Virus record (IMG/VR): IMGVR_UViG_3300010376_000065
Coordinates: 1 to 42,833 of that record
DNA: 42,833 nucleotides
Reading direction: 5' to 3' (one strand)
Source of the DNA: a virus
Taxonomy: Duplodnaviria; Caudoviricetes
The first letter of the stretch is position 1. Each line of letters opens with the position of its first letter. A model generated the notes under the pieces. That model worked only from the letters and a program-made list of their open reading frames with translations. It was not told the DNA's origin and ran no database searches. Below, in pieces: positions 26,949 to 35,054 of this stretch. The translations under genes and the position numbers were made by a program.

Positions 26949-27500
26949 CTATTTCTGTTGCCCTGTAGTGACAACCTTAGAGCTATCAACCACCACTGGC
27001 GGAGCGCCCGGTGCCGGGGTGACCGTAATGGTGATGTTGTTGGTTGGGCTGGTTGTCTGCTGTACCGATGGAGCTGTTGCCACAACCGGCGGCGGAGTAA
27101 CCACGACCGGTGGCGGAGTAACCACGACCTCCGGCAATTGTACAACCGGCGGAGCAACGAAGGTTGGCGCCTTGGCGATGAACCGGCCACCTGGGTAGAA
27201 CGACCCAAGCTCCCGCATATAGTATGCCGAGGCCCATCCGGTTGCACCGTTGGGAAGTGTTACGTAGCACCAGTCGTGCTCCACATTAGCCGGGTGGATA
27301 CAACGGGTTGCTCGCATCTGTGTGCCCTGCGGAATGGCGCCAAAGCTCTGGCTCCATGGCGCGGGCCACGCACGCAGGTTGAGGTCGTATTCGGGGTTGT
27401 CGAAAACCCGAATGCGGCCATTGTCATTAGCTGATTCCCAGGCTTGTGCAGACCCGGCCAACATCGCGGCCATTGCTACACCACTCAGTAACTTTCGCAT
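26949..27500 (-). CDS. secreted bacterial SH3-domain protein with a Pro/Val-rich tail
   Basis: Signal peptide ending AQA; LNLRAWP...GAIPQG...WCYV...GWASAYYM; promoter TTGCAA-16-TATAAT at 27542-27569. Confidence 0.85.
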   Translation of the reverse strand: MRKLLSGVAMAAMLAGSAQAWESANDNGRIRVFDNPEYDLNLRAWPAPWSQSFGAIPQGTQMRATRCIHPANVEHDWCYVTLPNGATGWASAYYMRELGSFYPGGRFIAKAPTFVAPPVVQLPEVVVTPPPVVVTPPPVVATAPSVQQTTSPTNNITITVTPAPGAPPVVVDSSKVVTTGQQK

Positions 27501-27582
27501 GGCTCTGTAGTCCTTGCATATCAAACCCCGTACCTACAACCATTATATACTATGATTTGTAGATTGCAACGTTGAATATGCC

Positions 27583-27819
27583 TCAACACCACTCGCCCGT
27601 GTCGTAATTGTAGAACGCATAATGATCAACAACACCACGGCTACAGAAAATAGAAACCATTGTCCTATGCCGACAGGTGGGTGATTTACGACCCTGTTCA
27701 CAATCGCAATAGAGCCTGCCCCGCCGATGCTGTATCTCGTATACAGCATCGACGTTAAACAGGAAGTCGAATTTAGCCATCCTGTAGCCATCGGGCGTGT
27801 TCTTCAAGTTGTACCACAT
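27583..27819 (-). CDS. SWIM zinc-finger protein, possibly leaderless
   Basis: YCDC...TCRH; ATG lies 5 nt after TATAAT of TTGTAC-17-TATAAT (27825-27853). Confidence 0.65.
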   Translation of the reverse strand: MWYNLKNTPDGYRMAKFDFLFNVDAVYEIQHRRGRLYCDCEQGRKSPTCRHRTMVSIFCSRGVVDHYAFYNYDTGEWC

Positions 27820-27861
27820 GGGCCATTATAAGGCAGGGAAGGCCCGAGTACAACTAAGAGG

Positions 27862-28155
27862 TTACTTCAGGTGCTCTTCCTCTTCAGCTATGGCTACGTA
27901 GAGGTCGTCTACAATGCTATCGAGTTGGCCGACAGACTGTTCCCTGAACCAAGCACTGAATCTGCCGCAGAATTTTATTTCTTTTAGGATGTTAACGGCT
28001 TGCTCGTAGTCACCCACAACAACGCCACGCTTGGACCGCAACTCATGAAGTTGCTTAAGATAGTCTTCCGCAACTTCAACCAACTCTAGATACTCATTGA
28101 CACTCTTCCCGCTCTTGATCCCAACAACCTCTCCCATGATGGTCCCCTGTCCCAT
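27862..28155 (-). CDS. hypothetical protein
   Basis: ORF in a minus-strand gene run. Confidence 0.55.
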   Translation of the reverse strand: MGQGTIMGEVVGIKSGKSVNEYLELVEVAEDYLKQLHELRSKRGVVVGDYEQAVNILKEIKFCGRFSAWFREQSVGQLDSIVDDLYVAIAEEEEHLK

Positions 28156-28213
28156 CCCTAGCTTCGTGTTTCTACTCCCTTCAATAGTTTAAGTGCGTTA
28201 TTATGCCACACTA

Positions 28214-28570
28214 TTACCGTGATGTATTATTCTTTTTTGCACGAGGCCGCGGCCCAGGTTTAACTTTGACCACTCGTGTGAATATCCGCGACGGAGTGTT
28301 AATATCAGTTCCATTCACCCCTGCATTATGTTGAGCTAGTAACCGGCTAACGATAGAGCGGTAGCCGGGGTCTCGCAGCATTATCAGGTCCGCGCAGATT
28401 TTACGCATCTGATCTGGAGTTGTGTGTTTCTTTAAGATTTCGTACATCTTATCTGCGGTCCCATGGGCCTCAAGCATGTCGTAATGCCGTTCCATTTCAA
28501 TGTCGGTGCGCTCTCGGACAACTTTGCTTCGACCATCGTCCAGATGCTCATTCTTCCGGTACCTGCTCAC
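28214..28570 (-). CDS. hypothetical protein
   Basis: GTG start overlapping the upstream stop; GGAGGA RBS. Confidence 0.65.
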   Translation of the reverse strand: MSRYRKNEHLDDGRSKVVRERTDIEMERHYDMLEAHGTADKMYEILKKHTTPDQMRKICADLIMLRDPGYRSIVSRLLAQHNAGVNGTDINTPSRIFTRVVKVKPGPRPRAKKNNTSR

Positions 28571-28956
28571 TAGTCCTCCGCTATTAAGAATTCTACAGAC
28601 GTAGAGTCCAGCTTTGTACAGATTACGAATTTGCCAGCATCTATCAACGGGGCGATCTTTATACAGACATTATGGGGAACCCATCCAAAATGCCTGCCAT
28701 CGTGATAAACGCCGATACTATACGGCCGCCGTGGATTTGGGTTACGAATGAGCACAAACTGAGTCCCATTGGGCAACGTCTTTAATATCTGGTTTGATTC
28801 TCGCGAATGCACGGCAATGTTCGCATATAATCGCTTAGGCACGGGGCGCTCCGTATAGAACCGTTTATCAGTGGTGGTACTCACAGTGCCACGTCTTGCC
28901 GCGAGCTTTCCCTCCGGTAACTTTGACTCCCCCATGTGGACATCCTCCTTTGCCAT
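28570..28956 (-). CDS. HIRAN-domain protein
   Basis: L..GTQFVLIRNPNP..PYSIGVYHDGRHFGWVP....IAPLID. Confidence 0.7.
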   Translation of the reverse strand: MAKEDVHMGESKLPEGKLAARRGTVSTTTDKRFYTERPVPKRLYANIAVHSRESNQILKTLPNGTQFVLIRNPNPRRPYSIGVYHDGRHFGWVPHNVCIKIAPLIDAGKFVICTKLDSTSVEFLIAED

Positions 28957-29305
28957 GATGCTGGTGGCCGATTGTGATATAACGAGTCGTCGGTGGCAGA
29001 TAGTAGTAGTCTGGTATCGCTGGAGCCGGTAGAACCACGGCTGGCTCCGGTGGTTTGGGTGGTTCCTGTGGATGCTGTGGCCGCGGGATTGAAATGGTCC
29101 TCACCGTGGTTTTATCTGTTAGTGGAATAGTGGTGGTCTTGGACAAGTCCAACTCACTGGGAGCCGGGAGTGTGGTAGTCTTCACCTCCTTTGGTTGCTC
29201 CAAGAACTTATAGGATCGGCTTCCCTGCTCGGTGAGCAGCGTGAGACCTGTCGCTGCTACACCGGCTGAAAAGAGAACGACAGCAACCCATACGACCTTA
29301 GCCAT
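28868..29305 (-). CDS. membrane-anchored Pro/Thr-rich protein
   Basis: N-terminal hydrophobic segment; TGATG coupling. Confidence 0.6.
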   Translation of the reverse strand: MAKVVWVAVVLFSAGVAATGLTLLTEQGSRSYKFLEQPKEVKTTTLPAPSELDLSKTTTIPLTDKTTVRTISIPRPQHPQEPPKPPEPAVVLPAPAIPDYYYLPPTTRYITIGHQHHGKGGCPHGGVKVTGGKARGKTWHCEYHH

Positions 29306-29649
29306 CAGATGTGCCCCACTGGATCATAACGTGAGCAGGAGCAGCGGGCCATCTTGCAGTATCTACGCACTGATGTTCTAGCATGTGTTTCAGATGGATG
29401 CCCACAACGGCAGAAGTTTGGGTCCTCACCATCATCTGGTTTGGGTGGTCTACCGCCAATGCCAAATTTAGGTGGACCTCTAGTCTTAGGTGCTGTGGCT
29501 CTGGCCTGAGTTACCCACTTCTCCATACACTTCTGGCACAAGATCATATTCTTGTCAATCACGTGTTGCCCAATGGCCCCGCATGGGCATTTCGGCAAAG
29601 GGTGAGCATCGTGTGGAATTGGCATGTCTATCGGATACGTGTTCCTCAT
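29305..29649 (-). CDS. Cys/His-rich zinc-binding protein
   Basis: CPC..CQKC and CRCGH...H...C...CSC. Confidence 0.6.
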   Translation of the reverse strand: MRNTYPIDMPIPHDAHPLPKCPCGAIGQHVIDKNMILCQKCMEKWVTQARATAPKTRGPPKFGIGGRPPKPDDGEDPNFCRCGHPSETHARTSVRRYCKMARCSCSRYDPVGHI

Positions 29650-29846
29650 TCTGCTAATCCCTCTATTTGGTCTTCTGGCACCTGGTCACGTATCCCATCA
29701 TCCCCGGGGCCGCTACGGTACTCGGGATCAATGTCGATAATATAGTTCCCGTCTACAAATACCTCAAGAATCTCACCACTTTGGCGAGGTTCTTCTTCAA
29801 AAGGAGCCAACCACACCCGCTGACCTGCTTTATATTTCTGGCTCAT
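29646..29846 (-). CDS. small SH3/KOW-like beta-barrel protein
   Basis: YKAGQRVWL...GEILEV...YIIDID; ATGA coupling; promoter TTGTAT-17-TATAAT at 29921-29949. Confidence 0.55.
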   Translation of the reverse strand: MSQKYKAGQRVWLAPFEEEPRQSGEILEVFVDGNYIIDIDPEYRSGPGDDGIRDQVPEDQIEGLAE

Positions 29847-30016
29847 AGTGGTTTTCCTAAGTGGACCAAAAGGGATACTGCTCTCCAACATGTCTACACT
29901 CCACTGCAATTGCAACCCCTATTATAAAGTGCCGATTGCATTGATACAACCCAGAATTAATACTGACTAGAACATCATGCTTGTGTTCAGCAGAAGCTTG
30001 TGGCATGGTACTTTTT

Positions 30017-30110
30017 GCCACAGGGCCTCAACCCCGACCACCCTTACTCCGGGGCTTTGCTGGCAACCGCCGCCTCCCCACCACTTCCACTGGGGAGGCG
30101 GTTCTTCCTT
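30017..30110 (+). ncRNA. candidate two-hairpin sRNA or attenuator leader
   Basis: TTGTGT-17-CATGGT promoter places +1 near 30017; hairpin 30017-30064; 10-bp stem 30071-30100 followed by a pyrimidine run. Confidence 0.4.
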
Positions 30111-30448
30111 AGTACAATCCGCAAAACAATGGAGAAGTACAATGAACTTTGCAGACAGACTGAAGGGCCTGATTACCGAGTGTGCAACCGAGGGCAGCGC
30201 GAGCATTATTGATGCCATGGAGCGCGAAATCGGAACATTGCAATCTGCTCAACGAGCAGCCGAGCCTGCTGATGCCCATGCTGGGGCTGAGAACGTAGGA
30301 AGCTGATGGACTGGAGGATCCATGGCTAGACCCAGGTCCTAGACCATGGGTACGGGACCGTTTTGCCAGTTGTACGGTCCTCCCTCACAACTGGCACATT
30401 TATGCCACAATTTGGAAATATAATGTTCTTATATCTGGAGGGGCGGAT

Positions 30449-30631
30449 ATGAGATATCATGTGTGGAATCTCACCACGTGTGAGGTTGTTGCTGAATGGG
30501 AGGATTATAACGCGGCACGCGAACATGCAGATCAACTCGCCCGTGAAGCAGAATACAAACAGGAAATAGGGGTGATAGAGTCCCTGGTCGTTTATAAGAC
30601 CACATTAAAGAGCGACTCCCCGCGTTTCTAG
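30449..30631 (+). CDS. hypothetical protein
   Basis: GGAGG RBS. Confidence 0.55.
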   Translation: MRYHVWNLTTCEVVAEWEDYNAAREHADQLAREAEYKQEIGVIESLVVYKTTLKSDSPRF

Positions 30632-30661
30632 CTTGTATCACCGGGCTGGGTGGCGTAGTAT
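30625..30661 (+). promoter_or_regulatory. sigma70-like promoter
   Basis: TTTCTAGC-TTGTAT-17-TAGTAT. Confidence 0.55.
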
Positions 30662-31024
30662 GGTTGTGGCGTAGCGTGCTCTTGTTCCTTTGGTTTTCCT
30701 TTTCGGGGCACGTGAGGCTCGAAGGTGTGTTTCCGCGGTACTCCATGATTGTCGGGTGATGAGGCCCTGGGCTGGCATCTATGTGCTCCGCCTTTCTGGC
30801 GTAAAACAGACAGCTCAGGGTCCCACCTCTCCCCCTTGCCATCAAAAAGCCATTACTGTACAATACCTTGAGTTGCAAGGGAGGTACATGATGGATGGGA
30901 GCCACATTGCAGCACTCGGCTGTATTTCCGCTACAATAGGAATTTTGGTCTACAAAAAGGACTACTTCCATGCTGGTATCTGTGCTGTCTGCTTCACAAC
31001 ATTCTTTATTCTGGGGTTTGTCCA

Positions 31025-31594
31025 ATGAGCAACGACCAGGAACTATTCGACGCAATCGCGGCCGAAGAACCTCAGCCGGCTGATCTGACAGGTCTCCGCA
31101 AGAAAGCACGAGAGCTTAAGGAGCTGTATATCCTGAAGGCTGAGCAAGAAGCCAGAGTAGCCGAAACTCAATCCAAGATCACCAAGATGGAGCGAAGCGA
31201 ATTAGTCCAAATGTTTGCTGATGCTCAGGTCAGTGGTGTGGATGTGGATGGCTGGGCCAACTATCCACCGTTCCGGGCAGAGCGGGAAACAGTTTACACC
31301 GCCAAGATCCCTGATGACAAACGTATGGAAGCGTTCCAGTGGTTTGAGAGCCAGGGCCACGGCGATCTTGTCAAATCTGTGATAAACATCTTCTTTGGTA
31401 TGCAGGAGCACGAGCGCCGCCTAGAGGTTATGGCGCTCCTAGATGCCCATGGTATACAATATTATCCCAACGAGAGCATCCACCACCAAACGCTAAGAGC
31501 GTTTGTGAAGCGCGAAATTAAGAAAAACCATATACTCCCTCGTGAACTCCTCGGGGTATATGTGTTTGATGAAGTGAAAATCAAAGAGGAGTAG
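31025..31594 (+). CDS. conserved phage replication-module protein (coiled coil plus AFQWFE..GHGDLVK...IHHQTLRAFVK)
   Basis: Motif pattern typical of the protein that accompanies the SSB in YuA/HTVC023P-like replication modules. Confidence 0.75.
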   Translation: MSNDQELFDAIAAEEPQPADLTGLRKKARELKELYILKAEQEARVAETQSKITKMERSELVQMFADAQVSGVDVDGWANYPPFRAERETVYTAKIPDDKRMEAFQWFESQGHGDLVKSVINIFFGMQEHERRLEVMALLDAHGIQYYPNESIHHQTLRAFVKREIKKNHILPRELLGVYVFDEVKIKEE

Positions 31595-31607
31595 ACAGGG
31601 GACAGAT

Positions 31608-32018
31608 ATGCAAGTGACCGTATCGCTACCAACAACTGTGGAGTGCTATTACGAAAATTGTGGCCCGATGCCACAATTTAATGGAGAAACACAGGCTTGG
31701 CATACTTGGGGTCAGCTCCGGCAATGCCAGACACATCTGAATTTAGGGTATGTTATGCGGATTCAACCACGCCCTAAATATAACGATAGTTTCGCAGTCA
31801 ATTGGTCCGCGTTGTATTATTGTATGAACTCTCAAAACACAGATTTTATCTATTTTGAAAATACAGAAGCTGGAATACATGAAATTGTGCCGAAGAAGAA
31901 GGTTTTAGAACTAGCTATTCACAACAAACCGAACTATCCACACTCAGGGTATGTCGTTCTCATGCTGTGGCAAATACGGGGAGAAAAGCCGCCACCAGTT
32001 CAGGAACTACCATTCTAG
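31608..32018 (+). CDS. hypothetical protein
   Basis: AGGGG RBS. Confidence 0.6.
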   Translation: MQVTVSLPTTVECYYENCGPMPQFNGETQAWHTWGQLRQCQTHLNLGYVMRIQPRPKYNDSFAVNWSALYYCMNSQNTDFIYFENTEAGIHEIVPKKKVLELAIHNKPNYPHSGYVVLMLWQIRGEKPPPVQELPF

Positions 32019-32028
32019 GGAGGTGCCC

Positions 32029-32739
32029 ATGAGAGGGCGACTGAAGGTACCTAGCAATCAGAGGAGGACTTACAAGCAATGTCACTTCTACGGGTATCAC
32101 GACACTAGCCTACCAGAACTAGCAAGCGAAGTGAAAAGCATCGCCTTCCCCTACGAAGTGCCAGTCCATTCTAACTGCGACTACAATCCACTTCCAAATG
32201 GACTCGCTAAGCTTGCGCTCACGGCACATTCAGATACCCGCAAGTTGACACTCCTAGTTGAAGATACTGCTCCTGCTGAACCACTTCCCCCAGGTGGCAT
32301 AGAAGAGGTGAAACAAGCCGCATGGGTTGAGCAGCGAACACGATCTAAGCCGCGGCGCAGATCGCCGCGGCCCGATATACCTGAGTGGAATGCCAAGCTA
32401 TCAACGATCCGTCGGCTATATAACCAGAACTTCCGGCCCAGAAACCTGAAGCCCACGGCTCGCACAGCCTTCAAAATGTATAAGGACAACCCCTTACTAG
32501 AGGAGGCGTTCAGCCAGATTGATTCCGAGTTAAAGACCGGGTTCCCTGCCCCACGTTCCCTTATCTATCATGCCGCATACCTCGCCCGACAAGACTACCC
32601 GGCTAAGGCGATAACTGAGGCGATGGAGCGGCTAAACGATGTAGATGAAGCAGTCCGTAAAGACATTGAACAAAAGATGGAAACCTTATACCAAGAGATA
32701 GTTCATCTAATCGTGCAGCTTATCGCAGGTGAAATATGA
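32029..32739 (+). CDS. hypothetical protein
   Basis: GGGAGGT RBS gives start 32029. Confidence 0.65.
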   Translation: MRGRLKVPSNQRRTYKQCHFYGYHDTSLPELASEVKSIAFPYEVPVHSNCDYNPLPNGLAKLALTAHSDTRKLTLLVEDTAPAEPLPPGGIEEVKQAAWVEQRTRSKPRRRSPRPDIPEWNAKLSTIRRLYNQNFRPRNLKPTARTAFKMYKDNPLLEEAFSQIDSELKTGFPAPRSLIYHAAYLARQDYPAKAITEAMERLNDVDEAVRKDIEQKMETLYQEIVHLIVQLIAGEI

Positions 32740-32745
32740 GGGGGC

Positions 32746-33903
32746 CTAAGCCCCCTCCTTCTTGCGGCGCCGCTTGGGCCGCGCCAGCGGCACCACCCGG
32801 CCCTCCACGGGCGCTGTAAGGGCCGCGGGTTGCGGGGTTGCGGGGTTGCGCGGCAGGTAGCTGGCCCACGCAGCCTCGAAGTCTTTGCGGAAGTAACCCC
32901 TCATGCCTGGGTTTTTATCACGCAAGAACTTGGGGCCAGGGAACTGAAACATCTGGGGCCGTATCTTAAACGGCTCCAGTATTTTGGCTAGTTCCCAGGT
33001 AGTTATTGAATGGGGTTGTCTTTCCCCATTAAGCCCTGTCCACTCAGTGTATCCCCTGTTGTGCAGATGCTGAGTTAGCTTGAAGCTGCCAATGCGGTCG
33101 ATATCCGGCCCTGCCTCGACAAATATATCATACAGGTCAGCAAGCACCTGAACCTGTTTGTCATCATCAGGCAAGCCACTGCACATCTGAATGGCTATTT
33201 CCCGCGCCCTGTCACCTACACCAAAGGCATCAGCAATAGCTATGAGGGGCCGCCAGTTATCGGCATATCGAACTTTGACCGGGCTGGGCGGGTCAGGATG
33301 AAGTTCAACCTGACCAGCCCATTCGTTAATTTCACCCAACAGTTTGGACATCGCCAACTTGAAGTACAGGTCCTTGGCATTCAGCCTATGGATGGGTGCA
33401 TCCGGGGGTTGCCGAGTCATGTTGATTACAATGCTGCGTTGCATCAAATCATCCCTCGGTAATTTTCCCATGGCTGCAATAGCAATCGGCGCAAATGCTG
33501 AGAAGTTGTGTACCTCTTTAACCGTACACCGGGTTATCATGTCACCGTACTTGCACCCGTTGAGCACGTTTATCAGGTCCAACTTTCGCAACTGGTGATT
33601 ACCTTCGTCGAACAGCAAAGTTCGCGCGGCGCCCAGCGTGACCACCCGGTAAACTGAGGCCGGGCTGATGTTGATATAGCGTTGTGCTTCCGGGGTTAGG
33701 TGTTGAATAATCTCCAGCAACGTGGTTTTGCCACAGCCGAACACCGGGCTGAGTATCGCTAACCGTGGGGTCCAAGTGTACCGGTCATACACGTGTGCAT
33801 GAAGGGTCCACAGTGCCGCGGCCAGCCTTTCTTCTGGCGGTATCCAACAGTGCTTTGCGATTATCGCCTCGACCTGAGCCAAGGCGTTCGGTTTGGTACT
33901 CAC
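32746..33903 (-). CDS. DUF3631-domain P-loop protein (primase-helicase-associated type)
   Basis: PRLAILSPVFGCGKTT, LLFDE, ADNWRPL.AIAD, RGY.R.DFEAAWASYL; GTG start with AAGGAGG RBS. Confidence 0.85.
   Translation of the reverse strand: MSTKPNALAQVEAIIAKHCWIPPEERLAAALWTLHAHVYDRYTWTPRLAILSPVFGCGKTTLLEIIQHLTPEAQRYINISPASVYRVVTLGAARTLLFDEGNHQLRKLDLINVLNGCKYGDMITRCTVKEVHNFSAFAPIAIAAMGKLPRDDLMQRSIVINMTRQPPDAPIHRLNAKDLYFKLAMSKLLGEINEWAGQVELHPDPPSPVKVRYADNWRPLIAIADAFGVGDRAREIAIQMCSGLPDDDKQVQVLADLYDIFVEAGPDIDRIGSFKLTQHLHNRGYTEWTGLNGERQPHSITTWELAKILEPFKIRPQMFQFPGPKFLRDKNPGMRGYFRKDFEAAWASYLPRNPATPQPAALTAPVEGRVVPLARPKRRRKKEGA
32828..32850 (+). repeat. (GGTTGCGG)x3 array, copy 2, in the 3' end of the DUF3631 gene
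   Basis: Read directly; last unit one base short. Confidence 0.85.
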
Positions 33904-33935
33904 TTCAACCTCCTTACATAGGGCTTATATGCCCT

Positions 33936-33959
33936 GCAACCCCGCAACCCCGCAACCCC
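33936..33959 (-). repeat. (GCAACCCC)x3 array, copy 3 (inverted), upstream of the DUF3631 gene
   Basis: Read directly. Confidence 0.85.
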
Positions 33960-34031
33960 GACCATCGGGGCTTTACATCAGCATATTATACCATATGCCC
34001 ATGGTGAACACTAGCCTGAATATATCCACTA

Positions 34032-34060
34032 TTGCCATCACCAAAAAGCTAAGCTATTAT
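34032..34060 (+). promoter_or_regulatory. sigma70-like promoter of the SSB-like gene
   Basis: TTGCCA-17-TATTAT. Confidence 0.6.
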
Positions 34061-34103
34061 AGCTCTTGCAGAATCGCTCTGCACCGAACAGGAGCTATGA
34101 CTC

Positions 34104-34886
34104 ATGGCACAAGAGCTACAAACCACGGCAGATGGAAAATTAATTATCCCTGATGATCTAGCAGAGGTCATCGGTGGTGATGAGGGAAAGGGTGTAAGTT
34201 TCAAGGCAGAAGACCAGCTTCTGCCTTTAATCTACGTCCTCCAGTCCAATTCCCCGGCATGTGGCAAGCGAACCGAAGCATATATTGAGGGCGCTGAGCC
34301 GGGTCATTTCTGGTTTCGCAACGCGCTCTCCCCCATCGTTAATGGGGAGACTGGATTTGATTGCATCCCCTGTGAAATGGTCCACACTTGGATCGAGTGG
34401 CGACCGAATCGTGGCGGGTTCGCCGGGCGCCATGAGGCTGAGCCGGCAGACTGCCAGGATCAACTCGTTCGTGGTGATGATGGAAAGGAGCGTAAAATTC
34501 GGGTGCGGAAGTCGAATGGGAATACAGTCCAGGAGACACGCGAGTTCTACATTATGGTGAATGATCGCCCCTATGTCCTCCCTTGTTCTGGGACGAAACA
34601 TACCTTTGCCCGGCAATGGCAGACTATGTTCCATCAGTTTACAAACCCCAAGACAGGAGGTGTTCTGCCGGCGTTTGCCAGGAAGTATCATCTTAGCACT
34701 ATCCCTGCCAGCAATGCCAGTGGGGATTGGTTCGCCCTAAAGTTTGAAGATCTGGGGTTTGTTCCACTGGCTCAATACACCAAAGCCAAGGTCTTCTATG
34801 AGCAAGTCAAGCGTGGTGAGAAGCGAGCTGAGGCGCCGATCCAGGGGGCGGAAGGTGGCGCTGTGGATGGTGACATTCCATTCTGA
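34104..34886 (+). CDS. putative single-stranded DNA-binding protein
   Basis: VLQSNSP...WIEWRPNRGGF...GNTVQET...GDWF; acidic C-terminus DGDIPF; AGGAG RBS. Confidence 0.75.
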   Translation: MAQELQTTADGKLIIPDDLAEVIGGDEGKGVSFKAEDQLLPLIYVLQSNSPACGKRTEAYIEGAEPGHFWFRNALSPIVNGETGFDCIPCEMVHTWIEWRPNRGGFAGRHEAEPADCQDQLVRGDDGKERKIRVRKSNGNTVQETREFYIMVNDRPYVLPCSGTKHTFARQWQTMFHQFTNPKTGGVLPAFARKYHLSTIPASNASGDWFALKFEDLGFVPLAQYTKAKVFYEQVKRGEKRAEAPIQGAEGGAVDGDIPF

Positions 34887-35054
34887 TCTGCAGGTTGCGT
34901 TCCCCACATTATAATGCAATACTAACTTACCCGCGCGGGTAGAGGTGGGTTCGCAAGGTAAAATGCTCTGGCTCACGGTGCAAGACCATTGCTGTCAAGG
35001 GTAACCTAGAGCAAGGAATCCGTGAAGGGTGTTCCCCACCTCGCAGGGGGTTTC

